Origin: a virus
Lineage: Duplodnaviria > Caudoviricetes
Length of the DNA stretch: 64,000 nucleotides
Virus record (IMG/VR): IMGVR_UViG_3300026121_000002
Coordinates: 1,894-65,893 of that record
Strand: one strand, 5' to 3'
A program made the position numbers and the translations under genes. The notes under the pieces were generated by a model, which was given only the letters and a program-made list of their open reading frames with translations, was not told the origin of the DNA and searched no databases. This document shows positions 9,737 through 19,686 of this stretch, in pieces; positions within the stretch are counted from its first letter, which is position 1; each line of letters begins with the position of its first letter.

Positions 9737-10344
9737 GCGACTACGCGCAGGCCCTCGCGCTGTTCGATGCGTGTGTCGCCGCAGGTGTTGGCCTCGAGGT
9801 TGGCGAGGGCCGCCGCATCGCGGTGCTGACCCAGGAGCTGCCCGAGGGGTTGCGAGGGTGGCTCAAGAGCTTCTGCGGCGACCAAGAGGGCCGCGAGGGC
9901 CTTCCGAGCTACCGAGCGCTGCGCGCCATCGTCCGGGCGCCCTCGAGGGCCGCACGCGAGATCCTGACGTGCTTGGTGGCCTTCGCGGTCGGCCTGCCCG
10001 CCCCGTTCGTGATCACCTTTCGGCGTGGCGAGCGGCGCTGTGTCTGCGCGACAGCCAAGGCCGCCTACATGCGTGCCGTGCAAGAGGGCTGCCCGGCGTT
10101 CGTGATGGCGGAGCTCGGAGTGGCCGCCCTGGCCGTCGAGCAGGGGCGCGCCGGGCCTGGCGAGCTCGACCGCTGGCTCGCGCGCAAGCTACTCGGCAGT
10201 TGGCGCCTCACGCTCGAGCTTGCCGGCGTGGTCGAGCAGAAGGCGCTCGCTGGCTTGCACCCGACGATTTGTTTTGGGGAGCTGTTCGATGCGCTCGGCG
10301 CCGAGCTCGTCGACGTCGAACTGCTCGCGACGGAGGCCGCATGA
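9724..10344 (+). CDS. hypothetical protein
   Basis: GGAGG ribosome-binding site, coupled to the next gene. Confidence 0.6.
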   Translation: MASLSDYAQALALFDACVAAGVGLEVGEGRRIAVLTQELPEGLRGWLKSFCGDQEGREGLPSYRALRAIVRAPSRAAREILTCLVAFAVGLPAPFVITFRRGERRCVCATAKAAYMRAVQEGCPAFVMAELGVAALAVEQGRAGPGELDRWLARKLLGSWRLTLELAGVVEQKALAGLHPTICFGELFDALGAELVDVELLATEAA

Positions 10345-11024
10345 GGCGGCGCGCGAACCCGGCGCAGACGATGTTCGCCTGGGGCTTCGGCGCGAGGCCC
10401 CCGCGAGTCGACCCGCGCGCAGCCCTTCGGCCAAAACCGGAGTTCGCCGTCCCTGCGCGCCGGCACAAGACGCGCGAGAAGCTGGCGCCCTCCCCGGTGC
10501 CCCTCGACTGCGCGGTCATCGGCATCGACCCTGGCGAGCGCAGTGGGTACTCGATGTGGGAGCGCGGCAAGCTGGTCGAGTACGGCGAGTGCGACGTGTT
10601 CGGAACCGAGCCCACCCGAGTGCTCGAGGGGTTCCTCTTGTCGCTTCGTGGCCCGCACGTGATGGTCATCGAGCGCCCCTTCCGCGTGCGGTACCAGAAC
10701 CAAACGGGCATCGGCACGGCCGACAAGATCTGGCGTGTGCTGGCGGTCAAGCTCGGCTTTGCGCGACGCATCGTGCGCCTCTATCCAGGGACGTGGCGGT
10801 CCCGGACGCTCAGCAAGGGCTGGCACAAGGACAACCGCCAGGAGGTCAAGGCGCGCGAGCTACGCGAGGCACAAACGTTCGTGGTGGCGCAGCTCGGGTG
10901 GGACGCGCTCGATGTTGGCCCGGAGAGCGCGCCGGCGGTGTTCATCGGGCACGTCGGCTCATACGCCGGCGAGGTCCTCAAGGTCCTGCCCAAGGTGCGT
11001 GGGTCGAAAGCGAGGGCGGCGTGA
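10341..11024 (+). CDS. RuvC-like (RNase H fold) Holliday junction resolvase
   Basis: VIGIDPG...SG, VMVIERP and YPGTWR motifs; located downstream of the replication gene. Confidence 0.7.
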   Translation: MRRRANPAQTMFAWGFGARPPRVDPRAALRPKPEFAVPARRHKTREKLAPSPVPLDCAVIGIDPGERSGYSMWERGKLVEYGECDVFGTEPTRVLEGFLLSLRGPHVMVIERPFRVRYQNQTGIGTADKIWRVLAVKLGFARRIVRLYPGTWRSRTLSKGWHKDNRQEVKARELREAQTFVVAQLGWDALDVGPESAPAVFIGHVGSYAGEVLKVLPKVRGSKARAA

Positions 11025-11567
11025 AGGGTGGGCAAGAGCAGCTCGCGATGGACGGCCCCGAGACCATGCCGGCCGAAGTTGCTGGGGGCAGGCCATGATC
11101 GTCTGGCTATGGATCGGCGTCGCACTTCTCATCGCGACGCTTGGGTTCTTGGTGGGCGCTCTCGTCGGGGCCACCAACGCTGACGACAACTGGATCGATG
11201 CTGCAAGCGACGGTCGTTGCCGATGCGTGCGCGGTCGCCGTTATTACGTCCACGACGACTCTGACGAACGCCTGCGCAGTCAGATTGTCGCGATGCTCGC
11301 GAGGGACAGGTCATGAGGATGGGCCGACCCGACTACCTGAACATGCTCCTCGAGTGCGGTGCGCTCGCCAAGCAAATCGCTAACCGCGACTCGCTTGAGC
11401 TCGACGAGCGGCCCTTCGTGGAGCCGACGTTCGGACCTTGGTGCGCGGACTACGGGCATAGGGCGGGACGCACGCCCGAGCTCGAGCGGGCCTATCACGC
11501 GACGCTCGAGCAGCTCGGGATGCGGTTTGACGGGGAGCGGTGGTTCGTCACCGGGAGGGTCTAGGCA

Positions 11568-11852
11568 ATGGTGATGCTGCGGCTCGACTTGCTCGCACTC
11601 GACACGAGACGCCATCGCGGTTCGCGTTCGCTACGCGTTACGGCGTTGGAGATCGGTATTAGCGCCGGAACGCTTTACCGCGTCGAGCACTGCGGCGCGC
11701 CCGACCTCGAGAGTTTTGGCAATCTCTGCCGATGGCTCAGCGCCGACCCGAATCGTTACCTCGGGATAACGCGCGCTGTCGGTAGCCGTTCGGAGGCGGG
11801 ATTCCTCGCCGCCATCGAGCACTACGTCGAAAGCGGGAGAGTCCAGACATGA
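11568..11852 (+). CDS. XRE-like HTH protein
   Basis: SLRVTALEIGISAGTLYRVE...PDLESFGNLCRWL. Confidence 0.65.
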   Translation: MVMLRLDLLALDTRRHRGSRSLRVTALEIGISAGTLYRVEHCGAPDLESFGNLCRWLSADPNRYLGITRAVGSRSEAGFLAAIEHYVESGRVQT

Positions 11853-12393
11853 GCGGAGCGTACGGAACCATCTGCGGAGCGCAGTACGTCGACGCCAAAG
11901 GCACGGCCTTGCGGTGCTACGCGCGGGGCCAGAGTCGCTACGGCGGCAGGTGCTGGCATCACGAAGGCGCCGGCGAGGAATGTAGTAAGCCTCGGCAAGG
12001 TCCTCGATGCGGCTGGACGCGGACGGAGAATGGGCTGGCGTGCGCCAATCCCGTGTTCCGGTCGGGGCAGCGGTGTTCGCTGCATGCGCCGGAGCGACTT
12101 CAGGCCAGCCAAGCGCGCCGGCGCGCCGATCTCCTGGAGAAGCTCCGAGCAGAAGCTCGTGCAGCAACTCATTATCGCGCGCCACATCGCCACCGCTTCG
12201 CGTCGAACTCCAGGAGATCGGTGCGGGGACCGATCGAGAGGCGCGGGCATGGTCAAGCGGCTCGTGCATGTCGCGCCGGAGCAACACGGCGAGCCTCTCG
12301 CGCCAACTCGACGCGCTCAACGGACTGTCCGATCGCGAGCTTATCGCCGAGCTCGACAAACTCACGCGTAGCTATCGGCGAGGTGTGCTGTGA
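11849..12393 (+). CDS. Cys/His zinc-ribbon repeat protein, probably frameshifted
   Basis: Two CG...C...C..H modules; the plausible coupled C-terminus (LSDRELIAELDKL) is in another frame. Confidence 0.4.
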
Positions 12394-12719
12394 CACCGGT
12401 AGCAGGGCGCGTGGCCAAGTACCAATCAAAGCAAACTGTCGTCGAGGCGGTGCAATGGTTCAAGGACTACGACCATCTGCAAGTGGACCGCTACTCTCAT
12501 CCGGCTCGCTCCGGCGCTGGCGTGTGCGTGGCCTGCGGCAAGCAGCTGAAGGAACACGGCTGGCTTACATACGGTGGCTATGCCCCAGGCGGAGAGATCG
12601 TCTGTCCTGGTGATTGGATTGTCACGACTGTGTCGGTGAATGGTCGGCGCGTGGACGAACGACGCTTCGCGATCGCGGCTGACACGTTCTCTTCCGACTA
12701 CGAAGCGGTCGAGCAGTAA
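12390..12719 (+). CDS. conserved phage protein (PGDW/PGDYG-like)
   Basis: KY..K..VVEAVQW, VCPGDWIV, F...YEAV. Confidence 0.65.
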   Translation: MTPVAGRVAKYQSKQTVVEAVQWFKDYDHLQVDRYSHPARSGAGVCVACGKQLKEHGWLTYGGYAPGGEIVCPGDWIVTTVSVNGRRVDERRFAIAADTFSSDYEAVEQ

Positions 12720-12895
12720 GGAGACACCATGCTGATCGAGGACATGCGGCTCGACTGGGAAGCCAAGCAGCAGCGGATCGACGTTACGCGCGCTCACTGC
12801 AAGCGCAAGCGCGAGAAGTTCCGGCGTGATCGTCGCGCTCGGAGGCAGATGCGTTCCGCGGGTCAGAAGCCCGCGCGTTACCAGGGGGACGGACC

Positions 12896-13324
12896 ATGAA
12901 GCCAGCCAAGCAAAGCAGTCGTCGCGAGCGCGGTCTCCAGGCGGTCGAGAGCGAGCCGGTCAATAACCACGTGCCGCCCGCCGAGCCCAAGAGGCGGAAA
13001 CCTCGCCAGGCCCGCACCATCGAGGGCGACCTGCACGAGCTGCGCGTGACCTATGCCAAGCGCGTCAAGACGCTGGAGGACGAGCTCGGCAAGCTGGACT
13101 CGCGGCAGCGGGTGATCCTGGACGAGCTCGCCCCGGCACGTAGCGCGCTCGAGCGGGTGCTGTTCGTGATGGGCGGAGGGGACGGCCAGCCGACTCCAGA
13201 GGTACCACCTGAGCCTTCGCCGGTGCCCGCCGAAGAGCCTCCAGAGGTTGAGCCGGCCCAGACGCCGGCCGAGGAACCTCCGGCGCCTCCTGAACCGGTC
13301 GAGGAGCCCGCGCCGGCGGGATGA
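12896..13324 (+). CDS. hypothetical coiled-coil protein with Pro/Glu-rich tail
   Basis: Coupled ORF with normal codon usage. Confidence 0.55.
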   Translation: MKPAKQSSRRERGLQAVESEPVNNHVPPAEPKRRKPRQARTIEGDLHELRVTYAKRVKTLEDELGKLDSRQRVILDELAPARSALERVLFVMGGGDGQPTPEVPPEPSPVPAEEPPEVEPAQTPAEEPPAPPEPVEEPAPAG

Positions 13325-13707
13325 GGGATGCCGACCAATCTGCCGAAGCCGCCGCGCATACCGTGGGGCGATATCGCCCTCGTGGTGCTCGGGATGATCG
13401 GCGCGGCGACGCTCATGGTGGCGATGAGCCGATGCTGAGAAGAGGCTGACCATGAGCGAGCCAGACGAGCCCAGCAAGCTCACGAACCGAGCGAAGTGGC
13501 GATTCGCGGGCTGTGCTTTTGGCGCGTTGGCTTACTTGCACGGATTCCTGTCCGCCCTGCTCTCTCGAGCGGGGGAAAAGGAGCTCTCAGGATGGGCGGC
13601 GCTCGTCGCGTTTATCTGCGTGATTGGGGGCGGAGTCTGCTTGTCCTGTGCAAGCGAGAGCTACGACTAGAGCGAGTGGACGAACTGATCGGGAGAGGGG
13701 AACTTCG

Positions 13708-14598
13708 ATGACCAAGACCGCGGCAGACACTCTCGTTATCTATCACTCGGACTGTCCTGACGGCTTCTGCGCCGCTTGGCAGGCATGGCGAGCGCTCGGC
13801 GCGTCTGCGGATTACCAGCCCGCGCACTACGACGAAGCGCCGCCTGATGTCCGTGGCAAGCGCGTCTATGTCGTCGACTTCTGCTACCCGTACGAGGTCA
13901 CGGTGCAGATGATCGCCGAGTGTGCGCAGCTCGTGATCCTCGACCACCATAAGACGGCGCAGGAGGATCTGCGACGGTTGACGGACACTGAGACCACGAC
14001 GGGCAAGGTGCGGATCACGTTCGACCTGAACCGCTCGGGGGCAGGACTCGCGCGCGACTACTGGTATCCCCAAGACCGCGAGAACTGGATCGTCAACTAC
14101 ACCCAGGACCGCGACCTCTGGCGGTTTGCGCTGCCAGATTCGCAGACGATCAACGCGTACCTGCATACGTTGCCGCGCGACTTCGAGGTCTACGAGCGCG
14201 TACTGCAGACCGTAAGGCTCGAAGAGGCCTTGCAGCTCGGCCGCGGCGCCCAGGCGTACCGCGACATGTACGTCGCCATGACCAAGCGTCATGCAGTCCG
14301 GCAACGCTTCGCGGAGTACGACGACATCCCGGTGGTCAACGCGCCCTACGTGGCGATTTCCGACCTCGTCGGCGAGCTGGCGAAGGACGCTCTCTTCGCC
14401 GTCGGGTGGTGTCAGCGCGGCGATGGGCAGATCTCCTACTCGCTGCGCTCGCGCGGTGAGTTCGACGTGTCCAAACTCGCGGAGAGGTTCGGCGGTGGTG
14501 GGCACAAGGGCGCTGCGGGGTTTCGACTTGGCTGGAAGGTGCCAACGGTGGCCACGGCGTTCGCGCCGGCCGAAGAACAGAGCCAGGCGGTGCCATGA
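13708..14598 (+). CDS. DHH/DHHA1 phosphoesterase
   Basis: [24 protein letters not shown] and [12 protein letters not shown]. Confidence 0.9.
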   Translation: MTKTAADTLVIYHSDCPDGFCAAWQAWRALGASADYQPAHYDEAPPDVRGKRVYVVDFCYPYEVTVQMIAECAQLVILDHHKTAQEDLRRLTDTETTTGKVRITFDLNRSGAGLARDYWYPQDRENWIVNYTQDRDLWRFALPDSQTINAYLHTLPRDFEVYERVLQTVRLEEALQLGRGAQAYRDMYVAMTKRHAVRQRFAEYDDIPVVNAPYVAISDLVGELAKDALFAVGWCQRGDGQISYSLRSRGEFDVSKLAERFGGGGHKGAAGFRLGWKVPTVATAFAPAEEQSQAVP

Positions 14599-14858
14599 GC
14601 TTGGCGATGGGCAGTCCTACTGCCGAAGGAGAGACCGTCATGACGATGGAGATCGCTCGTACAGGACCCGTCGAACGCGTCCTGCTGGCGCCAAAGGAAG
14701 TGGCGGAACTGCTCGGCGTGCATGAGAACACGCTCTACAAGTGGCGCGTAGCGGGCGAGGGGCCGCCGTACCTCAAGGTCGGTCAGCGTGAGCGCGCGTG
14801 CGTACGGTACGAACTTCCAGCGCTGCGTGCATGGATTGCAGCAGCGACTACTCGCTGA
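14595..14858 (+). CDS. HTH_17/AlpA-like DNA-binding protein
   Basis: [33 protein letters not shown]...VRY. Confidence 0.85.
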   Translation: MSLAMGSPTAEGETVMTMEIARTGPVERVLLAPKEVAELLGVHENTLYKWRVAGEGPPYLKVGQRERACVRYELPALRAWIAAATTR

Positions 14859-14939
14859 CCTCGACGCCGGCTTCAGCTTCGAGCATGCACCCCGTGCCAA
14901 CCGCCCTTCTTGGCGTCCTGAGGATCGGCTTTCGCCTTT

Positions 14940-15440
14940 TCACCGAGCGCTTGCTCGTTCACGTCCTGCTTTGCGCGTAGCCGTTGCCTTGTCTGCTGTG
15001 CGTCGAGCTTTTGGAGTCACCGCGCGTGCTGCGCGTCGTACGGCCTGAGCCTCTGCAAACTGCTGGACCCGCTGGTACGACATGCCTAGTAGCTCAGCGG
15101 CGTCGCGCCTGCTCAGGCCCGCTTGGGTCAGCAGTTCCGCAGCCGTCGAAGACGCCTTCAGGGAGGCTTCGAGCTGGCGCTGCGCCTCCTCGCGAGCCTG
15201 CAGCGCCCGCGATACAGCCGTCTTCGCGCTCCCCGGAAGCTTCACGTCATCCACCAGCACGGCGGCGTCGGCCGCAGCTTCGTCGTCCCAGTGAAAGGCC
15301 AGCGCGCCGCGGATGCGCTTGCGCGCTTCTCCGATGGAGCGGCCGCTCGCGATGCACGATTCATGGGCCGCGAGCTTCAGCACCGCCGTCCACATCGCAT
15401 CTTCGTCCCGCTCGTAAGTCACCGTGTATCGCTTGGCCAT
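14940..15440 (-). CDS. hicB: HicB-family antitoxin
   Basis: YTVTYERDED..W...CIASGRSIGEARKRIRGAL RNase H-like domain plus C-terminal HTH (LSRRDAAELLGMSYQRVQQ); follows hicA. Confidence 0.85.
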   Translation of the reverse strand: MAKRYTVTYERDEDAMWTAVLKLAAHESCIASGRSIGEARKRIRGALAFHWDDEAAADAAVLVDDVKLPGSAKTAVSRALQAREEAQRQLEASLKASSTAAELLTQAGLSRRDAAELLGMSYQRVQQFAEAQAVRRAARAVTPKARRTADKATATRKAGRERASAR

Positions 15441-15454
15441 CTCGTCGCCCCTTT

Positions 15455-15658
15455 TCATCGATCCAACCAGCCCTTGCCCAGGCAGGGCATCAGGTCGCGT
15501 TCGATTGCGCGCAGCGTGCCCTTCGGAATGTCCTTCGCCGCGTGATAGGCCACTGTCGTCTTGCACTGGCCGCACTGCACCGTGATGTGGCTGCCGGACT
15601 GACGAACCTCGATACATCCGTGGCTCTTCAAGACCTTCAGCAGCTCACGCGCCTTCAT
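15455..15658 (-). CDS. hicA: HicA-family mRNA interferase toxin
   Basis: 67 aa: MKARELLKVLKSHG...RQSGSH...H...DIPKGTLRAI. Confidence 0.92.
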   Translation of the reverse strand: MKARELLKVLKSHGCIEVRQSGSHITVQCGQCKTTVAYHAAKDIPKGTLRAIERDLMPCLGKGWLDR

Positions 15659-15665
15659 GTAAACA

Positions 15666-15710
15666 ATGATAGAGGGACGCGCTCTGTCTGTCAACTGCGT
15701 TAGACAGACA
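15666..15710 (-). promoter_or_regulatory. sigma70-type hicAB promoter with overlapping inverted repeat
   Basis: Minus strand reads TTGACA-17 nt-TATCAT-7 nt-ATG; TGTCTGTC/GACAGACA inverted repeat (15685-15710) overlaps the -35. Confidence 0.75.
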
Positions 15711-15866
15711 CATGAAACAAGTCCATGGAGACGTGGTCGCAGAACGAACACCCCGGGCATCGCCCGAGGACCATTGCCTATCGGGTCAACCTCCTTGTTG
15801 CTCCTTATGCCTCCCCTTGCGTGTCCGGATGGAGCAACTCCATGCCGATGGCGCATGATTTGCTCC

Positions 15867-16751
15867 ATGACGAGGGGACGAGCGCGAATCCATTTGGACG
15901 CTAGCCGGGCGGGCGACCCACTACGGCGCGCGCGCTGCGGCTGGCTCGACGTCGATACGGAGACGGATGCGACGAAGGTCACCTGCAAGAGCTGCCTGGC
16001 GCGTGTTGCGGCGTCTCGACTCGAGGCTGCACCTCGCGGGCGCGCGGCAACCGCCGACCTGACCAAGGAAATCAAGGCGGCGTTTCAGGCGACGCTCGCG
16101 CCGACGGCAAGCATCTCGCCTCGCATTACGCCTGCCCTCTGGGCAAGCTCGTGCAAGACCGCGGTCCGGCGCTGCGGGGAGTGCGAGTTGTGCCAGTGGG
16201 AGCGCGAGGCGCAGCTCTGGGCCGCGGTCAGCCCCTGGACGAAGCACCATGCGCTCATCCTCCCGGAAGGAGCGCCGCGCTGGTCGAGCCTGACGGCAGC
16301 ACTGGCGGCCTTCGTGGAGTTCGAGCGCCACGACCGAAGCTCCCCGAGCGCGCTTGGTGGCATCCTCGACCGTGTCCGACGTGGCGCGACTGGGGAAGCG
16401 ACCAGCGCCCGCCCGGACGATCCGCTGCTCAGGCGCGCCGGCGAGTTGGTGCGCGTCCGGCAGGCGCTCGAGCTCGCCTACCCCGATGGCGCGCACAGCA
16501 TCCCCGCCGAGAAGTGTCGGGCGCTCTTGCTGCTCCGGACGCCCGGGATCGTGGCGCAGGTGATGCCGGGCTATGAAGAGCTCGGCCAGCTCTTCGGGGC
16601 CGCCACTGGCGAGTTGCAGGCCCTGGTGCGCAATGGCCGCAAAGTGGTCGGCGACGAGCTCGCGCGCCGGGGGCTGATTCCCATCCCACGACCTGCACTG
16701 CGTGGCGGACTTCGGACGTCGGCGGCGCACTACGCAGAGGCGATTGGATGA
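15867..16751 (+). CDS. zinc-finger protein with possible C-terminal HTH, candidate late-gene regulator
   Basis: H..CG..VTCKSC and CGECELC motifs; located before the late operon. Function inferred from position. Confidence 0.45.
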   Translation: MTRGRARIHLDASRAGDPLRRARCGWLDVDTETDATKVTCKSCLARVAASRLEAAPRGRAATADLTKEIKAAFQATLAPTASISPRITPALWASSCKTAVRRCGECELCQWEREAQLWAAVSPWTKHHALILPEGAPRWSSLTAALAAFVEFERHDRSSPSALGGILDRVRRGATGEATSARPDDPLLRRAGELVRVRQALELAYPDGAHSIPAEKCRALLLLRTPGIVAQVMPGYEELGQLFGAATGELQALVRNGRKVVGDELARRGLIPIPRPALRGGLRTSAAHYAEAIG

Positions 16752-17134
16752 GGATCGCGGACGCGCTGATCAGGATGCTCGTGCGGGGACGTGTGGGGCC
16801 TCAGGTCTCGTTTGACGACAGGATGCTCATCCTCGATCGATGTTTGCGCGTGATGCGCCGTGGCGCGCGCCGACACGAGAGCGATGCGGATTGGCGAGCG
16901 TTCGAGCAGGCACGGGCCGCGCTGATCGAGGTCTGCACGGTCGAGCGCCTGCTCGCGCTTGTGGTCTACCGTAATGGCGAGTCAGGCAGGGCCATGGTGC
17001 AGCTTGGCGAGGCGCGCATCGATCTCGATCAGGTGCGGTACGAGCTCGAGCAGAGCCGCCTGGAAGCGGATCGGTACAGGCAAGAGTTCGCCGAGCTGTT
17101 GCGCGCAAAGGCCATCACCCCCTCGAGTCCCTAA
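16748..17134 (+). CDS. hypothetical protein
   Basis: Start overlaps the upstream stop (ATGA). Confidence 0.55.
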   Translation: MRIADALIRMLVRGRVGPQVSFDDRMLILDRCLRVMRRGARRHESDADWRAFEQARAALIEVCTVERLLALVVYRNGESGRAMVQLGEARIDLDQVRYELEQSRLEADRYRQEFAELLRAKAITPSSP

Positions 17135-17137
17135 GCC

Positions 17138-17368
17138 ATGGCCAACGAGGATCAGACCATGCTGACAACGACAGATGTGGCGGGCCGCCTTGGGGTGTCT
17201 GATGACAAGGTCAGGCGCATGTGCGAGGAGGGGGTGTTCGATGGTGAGGGGACGGCTCCGAGCGCATGGCGCGGGGGAGTCGGTCAGCACTGGCGGATCC
17301 CTCTGTCTGCAGTCGAGCGTTTCATCGACCGCACCCGGACACGCATCCTGCGGCGACCGGTGAAATGA
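17138..17368 (+). CDS. HTH_17 excisionase-like DNA-binding protein
   Basis: MLTTTDVAGRLGVSDDKVRRMCEEG...WRIPLSAVERF. Confidence 0.8.
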   Translation: MANEDQTMLTTTDVAGRLGVSDDKVRRMCEEGVFDGEGTAPSAWRGGVGQHWRIPLSAVERFIDRTRTRILRRPVK

Positions 17369-17640
17369 CGCGTCCAGGTGTCTGCAGACTCTACAACTCC
17401 GCAAGCCCCGCAAATACCGGGGCGTGCAGTTACGTTTCAACTTGCAGCGAACGATTGAGATCCCTCACAAATGGGCAAGCTGGCGCGAGTGCCCTAGATG
17501 ACGTCGGGAGATTCCTTGGACGGCCTCGACCCGAACCCATCGCGGGGACTCGCGAGTCGGCTTTCCAGTGTCGAGAGATCGGCGGCGTCGGTCGAGCAAC
17601 ACGCCGATCTCTCGACGCGCTTACCTGAGAGGTCGCGTCG

Positions 17641-18351
17641 ATGACGATCGTATCTGTCGACATGGCGCAGACGGAAGCGCTTGCGCAGAGCTTTGGGAAG
17701 CTCTCGAAGCGGGGCGCTGCCTATGCCGTGCGCGACACGCTGAATGACCTGGCGTTCGCCACGAAGGCAGCTTGGCCTCAGCGGATGGCGCGCAAGTTCA
17801 TCCTGCGTAACAAGTGGACCATCGGCTCGATCAGGCTCGAGAAGGCTACGATCGGGCCGATCGAGAACATGCAGTCTCGTGTGGGATCGGCGCTGCCGTA
17901 CATGCGGACGCAGGAGCTTGGTGGAACCGAACGCGCGAAGGGCAAGTACGGCGTGACGATTCCCACGACCAGCTCGGCGGGGCAGGCGATGAGGGCGCCC
18001 AGCCGTACGAAGCAAGTGCAGAAGAAGAACTGGCAGAGCGCGATCACGCTTGCGCGAACCGTCAGCGGGCGGCGCCAGCGTCAGAACGCGGTCGCTGTAC
18101 AGCTCGCAGCGAAGTCGGGCGGGGTTGCCTTTCTGCGGCTCGCAGGCGGGCGCAAGGGCATGTTTCGGGTCAGCGGGGGCGAGGGCAAGAAGAAGCGCGT
18201 GCGCATGATCTGGGACCTCTCGCGCAAGACGGTCACCGTGAAACCTCATCCGACGCTGGAGCCTGCCGTCCGCGAGGTCGAGGTCAGAGGGCCCGCAATG
18301 GCGGAAGCGGCCGTGCGCAAACAGGTCGAGCTGCACGTGCGCAAGAGGTAG
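17641..18351 (+). CDS. putative neck/tail-completion protein (lambda gpZ-like)
   Basis: Basic protein with AVRDTLNDLAF N-terminal helix, upstream of the terminase. Confidence 0.5.
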   Translation: MTIVSVDMAQTEALAQSFGKLSKRGAAYAVRDTLNDLAFATKAAWPQRMARKFILRNKWTIGSIRLEKATIGPIENMQSRVGSALPYMRTQELGGTERAKGKYGVTIPTTSSAGQAMRAPSRTKQVQKKNWQSAITLARTVSGRRQRQNAVAVQLAAKSGGVAFLRLAGGRKGMFRVSGGEGKKKRVRMIWDLSRKTVTVKPHPTLEPAVREVEVRGPAMAEAAVRKQVELHVRKR

Positions 18352-18683
18352 GGGGGGAGGCCTCATGCTCTCGCTCGCATGGCTGGCTCTATTTGCATGG
18401 GGGGATGTTCCGCCCACGCCGTGCAGGGTGCCCGCTTTCGTGGTCGAGGTTGAGCCGGCCGACGAGCCTAGGCGCACGTCGAAGCCCTGCCAGCGTCAGA
18501 GCAGGACGAAGAGCAGCTCGAGAGATCCGAACACGCAGACGTCGCGGCGACCCGAAGTTCGGGGCTCTAGGCGGCGAGGTCAGTAGACGGCCGGTGGTAC
18601 ATACATTGGGACGTGCGGAGGAACACTTTACAGAGAGCTGTCGATGGCACGGCGCGTGCCGACACGGACCATGCCATGCATGT

Positions 18684-18790
18684 GGGTCCTGTGGACCTAC
18701 CCCCCACCCCAGGCGCAGTTTAGATTCGCCACCCCGCATTTCTCAATGATTTTGACATCTGTTAGGCAGTTAGGCAGCGACATTAGGCAG
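18684..18790 (+). promoter_or_regulatory. putative cos/packaging region
   Basis: GGGTCCT (the lambda cosQ heptamer) at 18684-18690 and three TTAGGCAG direct repeats (18762, 18770, 18783) just upstream of terS. Confidence 0.45.
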
Positions 18791-18820
18791 AGCGGCGGAG
18801 TGTGTTAGCTTGGGTTGGCC

Positions 18821-19546
18821 ATGGCTCGTTTGGTGACAAAGTCACAGCTGGCACTGCTTGCAGGCGTAAAGAAGCCGTCGATCAGCCTCGCCGCTGTAAA
18901 GCAGTTCCCTGACGCTCTGATCGGAGGGCGGGTCGACCTCGACCATCCGGACGTGCGCAGATACCTGGCCGGACGCGATATCGACCCGACGCAGGTCGAG
19001 GATGCGGCTGCCAAAGCGGCTGCAGAGGCGACGGCGCCCCGACCCTCAAAACCTTCGGCGCTGGTCGATCCCTTCGCTGCACGCAATCCCGAGCGCTCTG
19101 GTGCGCTGCGGCGCGCAGTTGCTCGCATCTCCGTCGAGCAAGACGTCGATCGCGGCGATGTTGCGCTCTACCTCGACATGACGCTGCGCAAGATCGTGCT
19201 CGAGCACGGCACCGCGCCGGCGTTCGTCGACTTCCTGGACGCCCGCAAGCGTATCTCCGACATCACCGAAAAGGACCTCAAGAACGCCGAGCGCATCGGA
19301 CGGTTGATCCCGCGCGAGTTCGTTCGGGCGCACGTCTTCGCGCACATCGACGCCGGATACCGGCGACTGCTGACCGATACGGCCGCTACCATCGCGCGCC
19401 GCTGTTACGCCGCCGCGCGGGCGGGGCAGACCATCGAAGAAGGCGAAGCCCTGGTGCGCGAGCTCATCGGCTCGCAGCTGCAGCGGACCAAGACTGCAAT
19501 CGTGCACGCGCTGCGTGATGAGGCTGAAAAGGCGGGGGCGGCGTGA
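18821..19546 (+). CDS. terS: terminase small subunit
   Basis: N-terminal wHTH (TKSQLALLAGVKKPSIS) and Nu1-like 'GRLIPRE' C-terminal motif; precedes terL. Confidence 0.7.
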   Translation: MARLVTKSQLALLAGVKKPSISLAAVKQFPDALIGGRVDLDHPDVRRYLAGRDIDPTQVEDAAAKAAAEATAPRPSKPSALVDPFAARNPERSGALRRAVARISVEQDVDRGDVALYLDMTLRKIVLEHGTAPAFVDFLDARKRISDITEKDLKNAERIGRLIPREFVRAHVFAHIDAGYRRLLTDTAATIARRCYAAARAGQTIEEGEALVRELIGSQLQRTKTAIVHALRDEAEKAGAA

Positions 19547-19686
19547 ACGGTACGGCGATGCCTGTGTCCGTTACGGCTCGCTTCATGTACTGCGGCTGTG
19601 GGGAACCGGGCATCCCGTCGGGCTCATAACCCGGAGAAAGCGCGTTCGACTCGCGCCGCCGCTACCACTTTCCACCGGGGCACCCT

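Noticed and set aside
13190-13320. Repetitive GAGCC-rich stretch as a second array
   Set aside because: It has codon periodicity encoding a PEP/EEP linker and no 5-nt register.
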